NCBI GenBank assembly: GCA_014905635.1
Contig: CM026547.1
Span: 1,860,001-1,924,000 of the forward strand
Length of the DNA: 64,000 bases
DNA from: Scenedesmus sp. PABB004
Taxonomy: Eukaryota
Direction: 5' to 3'
Shown here: in pieces, positions 36,365 through 48,469 of the stretch
How the letters are laid out: each line of letters starts with the position of its first letter
How positions within the stretch are numbered: the first letter of the stretch is position 1
Translations under genes and position numbers: made by a program
The notes under the pieces: generated by a model
Told to the model about the DNA's origin: nothing
The model's input: the letters and a program-made list of their open reading frames with translations, nothing else
The model's database searches: none

Positions 36365-37956
36365 ATGGCCGCGCGTGCGGCTCTCGCCGTCGCCGTGGCC
36401 TGTCTGGCCGCCTCTCTGGCGCCCGGCGCTCACGCGCAGCTCGGCGTCCTTGGCTGCGTGGCGGCCCGGCCGCCGGCCGCCGTGCAGCAGCTGAGCCTGG
36501 TGCCGAACAACGCTGGAACCTCGATACGCGTGAACTGGAGGGAGCCGTCGGGATCGGTGAGGGACGGCGCGGTCAAGGCGGCGCACCGCGCAGCACGGGC
36601 GGGCGCGGGCGGCTCACCGGCGGCGCGCTGCTCCCGTCCCCGCACCCGCGCGCCCGACAGTGCGTGAGCTACTTCACCGTCAGCGTCACCGAGGTGGCCG
36701 CGGGCCGCTCGTTCGGCGGGCTACCGTCCCAGACGCGCGCGTACTCGCTCGTCGTCAACGGCCTGCGCCCAGGCATCGAGTACATGTGCGACGCGCGGCG
36801 CAGCACAGCGCGGCGCGGCGCGGCGCGGCCAGCAGGCGCGGCCAGCAGGCGCGGCCAGCAGGCAGGCGCGCGACGCGCGGCGCTGGGAGTGGGGGCGCGC
36901 GAGGGGTCGCCGCCGCCCGCGCGCCACCCCCGCAGGGTCTCCGTGACGGCGGTGAACGAGCGCGGCGCGGGCCCCTCAGAGCGCCAAACCATCAAGCCCA
37001 TGGCCGTCAACAAGTGCAGCCGCGTGCCGCCGGCGGTCAAGAACCTCGTCGCGCAGCCGGTCGACGGCAAGACGCTGGAGGTGTCGTGGGCGCCGGGGGA
37101 GCGCGAGTGTTACGAGGCGGCGCAGGTCCTGGCCTACGAGGCGCGCACCAACACGCTCGTCCACCGCGCGTCGGTGGCGGACGTGTATGACCGCATCCCC
37201 GGCCTCAGTGAGCGCGGCGCCGCTGCCGCGGCGGCGCCGCGGCGCCCAGCCGCCAGGCCAGCGCCGCCGCCAGCGGGCGGCCGCCTCCGCCGGCCGCATC
37301 GCTGACCGCCCCCCGCGCCCGCGCCCGCGGCAGAGCCCCGCACGGCATATCGCATCGAGGTTACCCCGCAGGTGGGCAACAGGGTGGGCCCCGCCTCGTC
37401 CGTGAGCGCCTCCACGGTCTGCTCGGGCGAGGCGCCCGGCAGCGCTACGGGCATGGCCGTGCAGGCGACCAGCCCGCCCGGCACCCTGGTGCTCACGGCG
37501 ACCGGCGTCAGCAACGACGCATGCGTCGACCTCTGGGAGGTGCGCCCGCTGCGCCGCGGCCGACCGAATGCCGCGGCCGACCCGCACGCCGCGGCCGACC
37601 CGCACGCCGCAGCCGACCCCCACGCCGCGGCCGACGCGCCCGCCGCGGCCGACCCGCACGCCGCGGCCGACGCGCCCGCCGCGGCCGACGCGCCCGCCGC
37701 GCCGCTGGCCGCCCGTCGCCGCCGCCCGCAGGTGCAGGTTCGCGGCAACGGCCGCGGCCCGACGTTCAAGGTGGAGCCCAGCGACGCCGCAACCGGCGCA
37801 GTGCGCTTTGTGTTCAGCGGGGCGGCCAACCAGCAATACACGTTTGCTGCGACCGCCATCGGCTACGGCGGCGCGCGCGGCATCACCAGCAACATCGGCC
37901 CCGTGCGCGCCGACGGCCGCACCGTGATGGAGGCCGCGCCCCGCGCCGCGCCCTAG
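36365..37956 (+). CDS. Secreted fibronectin type III repeat protein
   Basis: Signal-peptide-like MAARAALAVAVACLAASLAPGAHA. FN3 patterns TSIRVNWREP...VNGLRPGIEY|VSVTAVNERGAGPS and TLEVSWAP...IPGL..RHIASRL/YRIEVTP; third degenerate repeat ends in YTFAATAIGYGG. Confidence 0.75.
37570..37700. repeat. 18-bp minisatellite (gccgcggccgacccgcac, about 7 copies) in an intron of the FN3 gene
   Basis: Directly visible tandem units between the gtgcgc donor and the cgcag acceptor. Confidence 0.85.
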
Positions 37957-38070
37957 GGCGCGCCGCGCGGGTTGACCGCACTTGATCGGCAGCAGGTCGG
38001 AGCAGTGCCGGTATCGGTCTGGCGTGATGGAAAAGAGCCGGGGGGTAAAAGTCGCTGGCTGTGCGTGCCG

Positions 38071-38586
38071 GCCGCGCGGCGCGCGCCCGCCGCCGTTGGT
38101 CCCACGCGGCGCCGCCGAGGCGCCCCCCGCGCCCGGCGGGGCTGGGACGGCCGCGCCCGTGCGCGGCACGCGAGCCGCGCGGGCTGTCGGCGGCTCGCTG
38201 GCGCTCGGGCGCGCGCGCGGCACGGCGGCAGCAGGCGGGCGGGCGGAAGTGCCGCGGAGCGGGTGACCAAGACCGCGCTCCCGCTTCCGCGCGCAGCCTG
38301 CGCGCTGCCGTGCGCTCGCGGCCGCCGCCAGCCGCATTCTCCCGACCCGCGCCGCACCTGCGAGCTCGCCAGGCGGCCGTGCGACACCCGCGCCAGGCGG
38401 CCCTCACGCCGAGAGCCAGAAGTACCGCGCAGGGAGCGCTGCATTCGGTTGCGGCCCAGCGACCTCTAGCCAAAACGTGGGAGCGCCTGAATTTGTGCGG
38501 GCCGGCCCCCATCTCTGCGCGGCTGCGCTGGGAGGCCTCGCATCTCTGGACGAGCATCGCCCGGTCATGCCCGCGGCCCTGGGCCC
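38071..38586 (+). repeat. Inverted repeat 2, left arm (upstream region plus first 20 nt of the EF-hand gene CDS)
   Basis: Reverse complement of 40741-41256 with scattered mismatches. Confidence 0.95.
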
Positions 38587-40099
38587 GCTGCAGTGGCCGC
38601 CGAGCCACCGGCAGCTCTTCGCCGCAGATGTCGGCGCGAACGTCAGCTGGCTGGAGCCGCTCTGGGGCTGGGGCGGCGGCGGCGGCAAGGACGGCGCCAG
38701 CAAGCCCGCGCGCCCCCGGCCGCGTCGCAGCGCCAGCGAGCCGGCGCACTCGCCCGACAGCGCCACGGACGCCGCGCTGAGCGGCGCGCCGGCGGCGCCG
38801 ACGCCGACGCTGGCGGAGCGCGCGGCGGCGCTCGAGAGGCGCAACCGGTGCGGCGGCGGCGCCGCCGCCTGCGCGGCAGGCCTCGGGCTCGCGCTGCGGC
38901 CTTGCGCGGCCGCACCGCCGCGCCGACGCCGCCGCCCGCCGCGGCCGCAGGGCGCTCGAGAAGCGCGTCCGGGCGCTGGCCGAGGAGAACGACGCGCTGC
39001 GCCACGACATGGCGGCCTGCGGGCCGCCGCGCGCGATTGACGCCGCCGACGCGCGCGCCGCACCCGGCCGAGCGGGCGGCTGTGGCGGTGAAGCTCCGCG
39101 GGAGCAGCGCGCCGCTCCCTGCCTCGTGCTGGACATCGTCGCCAGCAGCCAGAAGCAGCTGCAGCGCGCCGGGCCGCCGCCGCCGCGCGCGGGCGCGGCG
39201 GAGCGCCCCGACGCGGCCGCGCGCGCCTCGCCCGAGCGCGGCGCGAGCTGCGAGGCGGCGCCGGGCGCCGCCGCGGCCGCCCGCTCGGCGGCCGCGGCGG
39301 AGGCGGCGGCGGCGGCGGCGACCATCGCGTCGCTGCAGCGCGAGGTGTGCCAGCTGGGCCGCGTGCGCCGCCTGCTGGAGAGCGACGCCGCCGAGCTGAC
39401 CGCCGCGCTGCGCGAGAGCGAGCGCGCGCGGCGCGAGGCGGCCGCGCGCTACGCGTTTGTGGTGCTCGACAGCGACGGCGACGGCTACGTGAGCGCGGGC
39501 CAGGCGGCGGGCTACGAGCTGTTTGCTCACTACGCCCCGTGCGTGCTCGCGGCCGCGTTTGGGCGGTGGCGCTGGGCCAGCGGCTTCCCCGGCTACCTGA
39601 CCATGGAAGACTTCCTCAGGCACGGCGCGAGGCAGGGGGGGGGGGCGGTGGAGGGGGCAGCGGGGCCCCGCGCGCGCGTGCCGCGCCCCGCACGCGCGCC
39701 GCTCGCCGCCGACGCGCCGCCGCCGCGGCGCCGCGGGGTCCCCGCAGGTTTGTGGAGTTTGCGGAGGACCGCAGCACGCGCGCGGCGCAGCGGTTCTGGT
39801 TCTCCGTGCTCGACGCCGACGGCGACGGCCGGCTGGGCTGGAACGACTGCCGCGAGGCGTACGACGCGGTGGACGCGCGCGGCGCGGCGTTTGTGGTGCC
39901 CTTTGCCGACCTCATGGCGCAGCTGGCCGACATGGTCCCGCGGCGCCCCGGCGCGCCGCCCGCCGCCGGCTTCACCGCCGCGGAGCTCTGGGCGAGCAAG
40001 CTCGGCGCGGGCGTGCTGGGGCTGCTGACCAACCACCGCAACATGCTGCTGCAGCGCTCCACGGCCGAGTGGAGCCGCGGCGCCGAGTTCCCGCTCTGA
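38567..40099 (+). CDS. Coiled-coil plus EF-hand protein resembling the C-terminal part of PP2A B'' regulatory subunits
   Basis: EF-hand loops LDSDGDGYVS and LDADGDGRLG; LTMEDFLR|FVEFAEDRSTRAAQRFWFSVLD resembles the B'' EED...YWF..LD.DGDG motif; 2 introns. Confidence 0.7.
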
Positions 40100-40715
40100 G
40101 CCCGCCGCCGCGCCGAGCGCGGCGCGGCGGCGGACGCGGCGCGTCGTCGTTGGCGTTTGATTGTTGTTGTTGCCTGCCGCACGCGCAGCGGCGCCGGTCG
40201 TGTGGTTGCACACAACCGCGCCGGCGCCCAGCGCTGCACCCGTGCGCGTCAAGTCGCCCAGCACTGCACCCGTTGGCCGCGCGTCGGCGCAGCGACGCGC
40301 GCCTCCCCTAACGCTCAGACCCCCTCCTGACGCCGTGCGCACGGCCGCTGAGCGCGGCCGGCCGGCGTCGCATGGCGTGCGGCGCGCACGACGACCGCGC
40401 GGCGCGCGGCCCGACGCCGTCCTCGCGTCCACCTAGCCATGGGGGCAAGCCGGTTGTGGTCGTCGGTGTACAACGTTAGCGTGTTTGTACAAACAAGAAA
40501 AGGACGCCTGATCGACGCCTCGAGTTTTGTGGATCGACGTTTCATCAGTGGCGGCCGGGGGCGGCCGCCGCAGCGGGGGGGGGGGGGGGCTGTCTCAATC
40601 GGGCAGGCGCCCGAGCGCAGACGCGTCGGCCAAGTAACCGAGTGTCGCACGGCGCCGTCGCTCCTGCCAAGACGGATTGCAAATCGCCCTGCGCAGTACT
40701 TCTGGCTCTCGGCGG

Positions 40716-40740
40716 CCTGAACCTTAAACCCTAAACCCTA
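40716..40740 (-). repeat. Short interstitial telomeric tract (TAGGG TTTAGGG TTTAAGG TTCAGG on the minus strand)
   Basis: cctgaaccttaaaccctaaacccta, an AT-rich island of plant-type TTTAGGG units directly abutting the inverted repeat 2 right arm. Confidence 0.75.
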
Positions 40741-41256
40741 GGGCCCAGGGCCGCAAGCATGACCGGGCGATGCTCGGCCAGAGATGCGAGGCCTCCCAGC
40801 GCAGCCGCGCCGAGATGGGGGCCGGCCCGCACAAATTCAGGCGCTCCCACGTTTTGGCTAGCGATCGCTGGGCCGCAACCGAATGCAGCGCTCCCTGCGC
40901 GGTACTTCTGGCTCTCGGCGTGAGGGCCGCCTGGCGTGGGTGTCGCACGGCCGCCTGGCGCGCTCGCAGGTGCGGCGCGGGTCGGGAGAATGCGGCTGGC
41001 GGCGGCCGCGAGCGCACGGCAGCGCGCAGGCTGCGCGCGGCAGCGGGAGCGCGGTCTTGGTCACCCGCTCCGCAGCACTTCCGCCCGACCGCCTGCTGCC
41101 GCCGTGCCGCGCGCGCGCCCGAGCGCCAGCGAGCCGCCGACAGCCCGCGCGGCTCGCGTGCCGCGCACGGGCGCGGCCGTCCCAGCCCCGCCGGGCGCGG
41201 GGGGCGCCTCGGCGCCGCCGCGTGGGACCAACGGCGGCGGGCGCGCGCCGCGCGGC
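40741..41256 (-). repeat. Inverted repeat 2, right arm (lies in the DEG8 3' flank)
   Basis: Reverse complement of 38071-38586. Confidence 0.95.
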
Positions 41257-41291
41257 GCCCCATCCCTGCTGCGCCCGCGCCCGCCGGCGCG

Positions 41292-43396
41292 TCACTTCTC
41301 CGCCTGCAGCGTGACGTTGACGTCCAGCCGCTGCTGCCCGCCGCCGTCGGCCGTGCGCAGCACGCCGAGGCGCGCCGTCACGCCGATGGCGTAGCTCTCC
41401 AGTGCGTTGGCCAGGTCACCCGCATTGAGCAGGGGCCGGCCGTCGATGCTGACGACGACGTCCCCCGCGATGACGCCGCCCAGGCCGCGCCGCGTCGGCA
41501 GCAGCCCCGCCGCCGCCGCCGCGCCGCCCGGCTCCACGCCCGCGAGCAGCGCGCCGCTGCTGACCTTGAGCTTCTGCGCGACGCTGTCGGACGAGAGCTG
41601 CGGCGGCGGGGCCGGGCGCGGCCGCGGCGGGCTGAGCGCGGCGCGCCGCGCCGAGCGCGGCGCGCCGAGCACGGGGCGCGCGCGCGCGCGCGCCGCGTGC
41701 CTGCACGCCCAGGCTCGGCCGCGCGACGCGTCCGGTGGCGATGAGCTGCGGCACCACGCGCGCGACGACGCCGACGGGGATGGCAAAGCCCACGCCCGCG
41801 CTGACGCCGGTGGGCGTGAAGATGGCGGTGTTGATCCCGATGAGCCGCCCCGCGCTGTCCAGCAGGGGGCCGCCGCTGTTGCCCGGGTTGATCGCCGCGT
41901 CGACCTGGATGCCGCCGGGGATGGTCGACCCGAGCTGGCTGACGATGTCGCGGTTGAGCCCGCTGATCACGCCTGCGCGGCGCGGTGTCGCGCGCGGCGC
42001 CGGCGGCCGGCGGCCGCGGTCGCGCGCGGCGGCGTCAGCCGCCGGGGCCGTGGCGCGCGGGGGCGCGGCGCGGGCCCGCGGGCGCACGGCGGTGGCGCAC
42101 GCCTGCCTGTGGTCAGCGTCTGCGAGAAGCCAAACGGGTTGCCGATCGCCACGCACAGCTGGCCGACCCTCAAGTCGCTGCTACCCAGCGTCAGCGGCCG
42201 CAGCTGGTCCCTTGGGGCGCTGATCTTCAGGACGGCCAGGTCTGCGCGCACGGCGGGCGGCGGCGGCGGCGTCGGGCGGCGGCGGCGTGGGGCAGCGGCG
42301 GCGGCAGCGCGCCAGCGGCGGCGGCGCGCGGTCCAGCGGCGGCGGCGCGCGGCGCGCGGGGCGCGCAGCATGCAGCTGCGACCGCGCGCGCGCGCGCGCG
42401 CTCACCGCGGGCGCGGTCCGCGCCCACCAGCACGGCGTCAAACGTCGTCTGCGCGCCGCCGGGCGGCTGCAGCGTCACGAGCGCGACGCGCTTGCCGATC
42501 GCGGGGCTGGGCTGGGCGCTGCTGAGCCCCGGCGCCGCGCCAAACTTGGCGAGCGCGCTGCCGAGGACGTGGTAGTTGGTCACCACCTGGCGGGAGGGAG
42601 GGGCGGCGGAGGGCGCGCGGGCAGAGGGCACGCGGGCTGAGCACGGCAGGCGCGCTGAGCACGGCAGGCGGCGCGGCGGGCGGCGCGGTGGGCGGCGCGG
42701 CGGGCGGCACGACGGGCCGCCCCGCCCCCGCGTGCCGCGTGCCGCGGGCGCGCGCACGTGGCCGGCGTCGTCCCACACGATGCCGGTGCCGTTGCCCTCG
42801 GGCACGTCCGCCTCGGCCAGCGCGCCCGCGCGGCCCACGAGGGTGACGTCAAAGACGTTTGCCACGCTCGGGGCGGCCGACTCGAAAATCCTGGCGCGGG
42901 CGGCACGCGGCGTTGGGGGAGAGAGGGGCGTCACCCGGGGTGAACAAGCGCCGACCGGCGCGCGGCGTTGCGTGCGCGCGCGGGCCTGCTGCGGCGCCGG
43001 GCGCGGCGCGCGGCGAGCGGGGGCGCACCGTATGATGCTGGCCTCGCGGTCAGACAGCGGGCCGGCGGGCGCGATCGCGGGCGTCGCCTCCTCCAGCGTG
43101 ACCGCCGCCGCGCCGCGCTCGCCGCCGGGCACCAGGCGCGCCGCCGCGAGCGCTGCCGCGGCGGCGGTGGCGCCCGCGAGCAGCGCGCGCCGCCGTGGCG
43201 CCGCCGCAGCCGCTGCCGCTCCCGCCGGCCCTGCCTGGTCGGTGACCGACGCCTCGCGGTCTGCCGAGGCCACTGCTCTGGCGCCGCCCCGGACACGCCG
43301 CTGCGGCCCGCGGCGCGGCGCTGCGCCGCTGTTGCTGCAGCTGCTGCGCGCTGGCTGCTGGCGCGCGCCCGGCGCCTGCTGGCGCGCGATCATCAT
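41292..43396 (-). CDS. DEG8: Thylakoid-lumen Deg/HtrA serine protease with PDZ domain
   Basis: Bipartite transit peptide with twin-Arg [17 protein letters not shown]...[23 protein letters not shown] and [10 protein letters not shown] catalytic-triad motifs; C-terminal [12 protein letters not shown]. Confidence 0.88.
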
Positions 43397-44684
43397 CCAG
43401 CCGCGGGGTCACGTCGCGCCAAACAATGCAGGGCGCCTGCTGCGGGGCGGGCGCGGCGGCGGCGGTCGAGCGCCGCGGCGGCGGTCGCAGGCGCGGGCCT
43501 CCTGCTGAGGGACGCAATGGCAAAGCTGGGCAGCGTTGCTGACGGCGACGGCGCGCGCGCGTGGGACGTCGATCGCAGGGGCCCTTACCGCGTCGACTAA
43601 GCCCTCGCCCCACCGCTAAAACCCCGAGAACCGCCGCAAACACCATGAGCAGTGCCGCCCCCGATCCCGGACACCAACGTGAGGCGGCGCGCACCGGGAG
43701 CGCCGCGGGCGGCGCACGCGCTCGCGCGCGCCGGCCGTTCTCGCGCCGAGCGCGCGCGCGCGCGTGCGGCGCGCACGCGGCGCCCCCCGCCGCGCGCCGC
43801 GCGCCGGGCTCAAAGCCCGGCTGAGTTGCTTGGGGCAGTGCTGACCAGCAGGTCGGTGTTGTCGTCCTCCGCGCCAGTGATGGGTGGTCCGTGGTTTGAG
43901 CATTGCGCCGCCGCATGCACACACACGCACGCGCCGCGCCGCGGGGCCGCGCGGTGACGCGCTGGCCCCGCGCGGGCGTTGCAACTCGGAGCCGCACGCG
44001 CGCACGCGTCGTCTCGTGCACACACACTAGCTGGCCTACCGCCTAGGAGCCCCCCCCCCCATGAAATCTGGGCTGCGCAGTCCCGCCGGCGAGCGAGCCA
44101 GCGGTCGCCGAAGAATTCCGCCACCCACGCACAAGGCAAAGTCCCTCAAGCGGTGGCGCGGCACGGCGAGCAGCCGGGCGCCCGCCGCGGGCTCACACCG
44201 AGCCCCAGGTCGTCGCCCGGGGTGGCGTAGAGTGCGTGTGTGCGTGTGTGTGGGCGCTGGATCAGGAGTCGTGCCTGACAGGACAAGCCGTTATTGAGCC
44301 ACACGACACAGCAGGCGTCTCAGCCTGGCCGCAGCTCGCACCCGCACACGCGCGCGCGCCGTGCTATGATGGCCGAAAGCGCACGAGCAGCGGTGGTGGG
44401 TGTCTGGGCGCGGCCGCGTCAACCATGGTGGGAGGCAGAGGGGCCCTGGAGCCCCAGGGGCTCGGCAGCGTCCGCGACAGGCGTCTGGAACTCAGGCTAG
44501 GGCGTGCCGGAACGCATCTAGAGGAGGCAGGCAGAGCCTGCGGCGGCGGCGGCGGCGGGCCGTGAGGGCGGGCCGTGCTGCACACGACCGCGCCCGCCTG
44601 CTCCTGGTGAGCGCAGAGGCAGCCCGCCGGCCGCCGCGCACCGAGGTGCCCGCCAGCTGGGAGTTCAGCCGCCTCGGTCGGCAG

Positions 44685-47600
44685 TCACGCGCCGTCCCTC
44701 GCGCTGCCGTTGTCCGCCTCGCGCCAGGCGGCGTCTGCCCGCCCCGACGCGTGCCCGGCGTCGTCGATGGGCTGCGGGCAACACACGCAGGCAGGGGGTC
44801 AGAGGCGCGAGGTCGCACGCGCGGCGCAGCGCGCCAGCGGCCGCCCGCGCCCCGGCCAGCGCCGCCCGCGCGCACCTGCCGGCCCCTGCCCGGCGGGCCC
44901 GCCTTGGAAGCCTGCGCACGCGTGCTGGTGTGCGCGCGCTGGCGCTGGCGGGTCGTCTGGATGGCCGCCAGCACCATGTCGGCTGCGCCGCCGCGGCTGC
45001 GGCCCGCAGCAGCCATGTGCGACGCCGCGGCGGGCGAGGTGCCGCTGGCGTCCGCGTCGGGCGCGTCAGCGGGGTGCACTGCGGGCGCGAGCGGGCGCGG
45101 GCGGACGCAGCGGCGGGTCGGCCGGCGGCCGGCGGCCGCCCCACGCGCGCACACAGCACACACAACGCAGACACGACGCGCAACTAGAGAAGCAACAGAC
45201 CTTCAACATCGCCGCCAGAGTCTGACCTGCCAGGGCCGCCCGTGGCCTGCTTGCGCAGTTGTCCAATCACACTCGAAAAGAGGCTGCCAGAGCCGCCGGG
45301 GCGCCTCGAGGGCGCGCCGCCCGCCGCGTCGCCGCCCGCGCCGCCGTTGGTCAGGTCGGGCTCACGGCCGTCCGGCGCCGCGCCGGCGTCCGCGTCGCGG
45401 CCCCAGAAGTTGCCGCTGTCCTGCTGCAGCGGCGGCTCGGGCAGCGAGCCCGCGCGCGCGGGGCCGGTGCCCAGCGCCGCCATGACCGCCGCCTGGGTCT
45501 CCTCTGCACTGGGCAGCGCGCCGCCTGCGCGGCCGGGCCGCTTTGCGCCCCCGGCCTTGGCGCCGCGCGCGCCGCTGGCCGGCCCGCTGGCTGCGTTGAG
45601 GCCCTGAACCGCCGCCAGCACCGCTGCGGCGGCCGAGGCCGACTCGCGCGGCTGAGGCTGGCTCCACTCGTCCGACACCTGCCGGCGCGGGGGCTCGGGG
45701 GCGATGGGCTCGGGCTGGTGCGCCCAGCCGAGCGCCGCGGCGTCGTGCGGCTCGCGCGCGCGCTCGAGCGGCGCGGCGCTGCGCCGGGGCGCGTGGCCCT
45801 CCTCGGGCGCCGCGCCGCCCTCGCCGAGCAGCTGCTGCTGCTGCCAGGTCAGGGGCTTGGGCTCCGCCGCGTGGCCGTCGCCGCCGCCCCTGCCCGGCCA
45901 GCCGCGCGGCTCGGGCGGGCTGCGGCCGCCGAGCTCGCCGTGCTGCGGCTCGTGGCGCCGCGCGCTCGAGCCAGGCGCCGGCGCGGGGTGCGGCCGCGCG
46001 CCGGCGGCCAGGCCGCGCATGCCGCGCGGGCGCAGGCTGACCTCCTCATCGCCGCCCTCCTCCATGCTGGCGCGATGGCCGAGCAGGCCGGCGGGGCGCA
46101 GCGCGCCGCCCTCCCACGCGCCGCCGCCGGGCGGGCCGTGGCCGTGGCCGTGGCGCTCCGGGGCGTGCAGCGGGGGCCACTCGTCGCCGTGCGGGCGCTC
46201 GCCGGCGCGCGGCCGGGGGGCGCCCCAGCCCTCGTGGTCGCCGGACGGCTGCCGCGCGGGCGGCGGAGGAGGGCCGCGGCCGCCCCAGCCCTCGTGGTCG
46301 ACGGACGGCTGCCGCGCGGGCGGGGGAGGAGGGCCGCGGCCGCCCCAGCCCTCGTGGTCGCCGGACGGCTGCCGCGCGGGCGGGGGAGGAGGGCCGCGGC
46401 CGCCCCAGCCCTCGTGGTCGCCGGACGGCTGCCGCGCGGGCGGGGGAGGAGGGCCGCGGCCGCCCCAGCCCTCGTGCGGGTGCGGCCCGTGCGGCTCGCC
46501 CCAGCCGCCCTCGTGGTGGCGGCGCTCGCCGGGCGGCGGCGCGCCCCAGCCGTCGCGCTGCGCGCCGGGGCCGTGCGCCACGTGGGGCTCGAAGCCCGGC
46601 GGCACGCGCGGACGCGCCTGCCCTGGCGGCGCCGGGTGGTGCGGTGGCGCGCCCGGCGGCGGCGGCGGGGGGCGGCGGCGGGGGCGGCGGCGGCGGGGGT
46701 GGCGGCGGCGGCCCGTGCCGGCTCGCCGCCGCCTCGAAGAAGCGCCGCAGGTTGGCGCGGCCCTCTTGCTCCTCAGACTCGCGCCGCCCGGCGTCCTCGG
46801 GCCCTGGCGCGTGCCGCGCCGGCGGCCAGCCGCCGCTGTCCCTGCCATCGCGGGGCTCGTCCGCGCCGCTGCTGCTGCGCCGGCCCTCGTACGGCCGGCC
46901 GTGCGGCGCCTGCTCCTCGCGCCGCCAGCCCATCTGCGCGCCGCTGCTGGTGCGCGCAGGCGGGTAGCCGTGCGGCGGGCTGGCGGGCCGCTCGCGTGAG
47001 TGCGGCGGCTGATAGGCGCCCGAGCCCCCCGCGTGCGCCAGCCCGCCGCCAGGCGGCGGCGGCGGCGGGGGAGGCGGCGGCGGCGGCGGCGGCGGGGCGG
47101 CGGCGGCACCGCCGGGTGGGCGCCGCTGCCGCCGCCGCTGCCGCGTGGCGCCGCACGCCAGCTGCCCTCGGCCGGGCGCTCGCTGGACGTGCGCCGCAGG
47201 CTCGGCGGCACGTACTTGGCCGGCTGCTTGTCGCTGCTGCCGCCGCCGCCCGCGTCGCCGCCGCCGTCCGCGTCGCCGCCGCCGGCGTCGCCGTCCCAGA
47301 CGCCGGGCGGCGGGCGCTGCGGCTCCAGCAGCGCGTCGTCGTCGGGCAGCGCCGCCGCGGCGCGCTTGGGGCTGCCGCTGGCGTCCAGAAAGTCAAAGAG
47401 GTCTGAGGGCAGCATCGAGAACGCGGCCTCGTCGTCGCCGTCGCCCTCGCCGGCGCCCGCAGCCGGCGGCGGCGGCGGCGCGTCGCCGGGCTTGGCTGCG
47501 CCCGCGTCGCCGGGCTTGCCCGCTGCGAGCTGCTGCAGCCACACGTGCTGCGGCTGCTGCGGCGCCTGCTGCTGCGCCTGCTGCTGCGCCTGCTGCGCCT

Positions 47601-48056
47601 GCTGCTGCGCCTGCTGCTGCGCCTGCTGCTGCGCCGCCGCCGCCGCCGCCTGCTGGGGCTGCTGCGCGCCGGCGGCGTGCTGGCTGTCCTGCTGCTCCTT
47701 CAGGCCCAGCATCTGCTTCAGGAACGCGAGCTTCTGCTCGGCGCTCAGCCCGCTGCCCTGCAGCTCGGGCATGAGCGCAGACAGCAGCGCCTCCTCCTGC
47801 GCCGCCGCCGCGCTCAGCGCCTTGCCGCCGCCGCCGCCCGCCGCGCCGCCGGGCTGCTCCACCACCGCCTTGGGGTCGACGAGCTGCATGCCAAACGGGT
47901 TGAACTCACGCGCACCGCCGTCACCGGCCGGCGGGCCACCGTCCGCAGGCGCGGCTGGCGGCGCCGCCGTGGCGCCGCCGCCGGCCGCCAGCCCCGCGAG
48001 CGCGGTCAGGCCGGCCAGGCCCGTGGCGCCCTGCGACGCGGGAGCCGCCGCGCCGG

Positions 48057-48101
<45 letters not shown>

Positions 48102-48422
48102 GCTGCTGCTGCTGCTGGAGCTGCTGCAGCAGGCGCAGGCGCTGCTCGTCCCCGGTCCCAGGGAGGCCGCCCTTGCCCACCGCCGCAGACGCCTGCTGCG
48201 CCGCCTGCTGTGCCTGCAGCGCGCTGCGCTGCTGCGCCTGCTGCGCCTGCAGGTGCTGCAGCAGCAGCTGCTGCTGCTGCGCCGCCTGCTGCTGCTGCTG
48301 GGCGAGCGCGGCGTGCTGCTGCTGCTGCTGCACCAGCGCCTGCTGCTGCTGCAGGCGCGCCAGCTGCTCGCGCAGCCCCTGCTGCTGCTGGGCGAGCGCG
48401 GCCTGCTGGTGCTGCGCGAGGA

Positions 48423-48469
<47 letters not shown>

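Noticed and set aside
19827..41256. Inverted repeats 1 and 2 as Pack-MULE or TIR transposons
   Set aside because: No transposase, no shared termini and no convincing 8-10 bp target-site duplication, and the arms include host stop/start codons; not fully excluded without genome-wide copy counts.
46221..46476. Regularly spaced repeats as a CRISPR-like array (also 37570-37700 and 61471-61577)
   Set aside because: Head-to-tail tandem units without unique spacers, inside eukaryotic exons or introns, and no cas genes.
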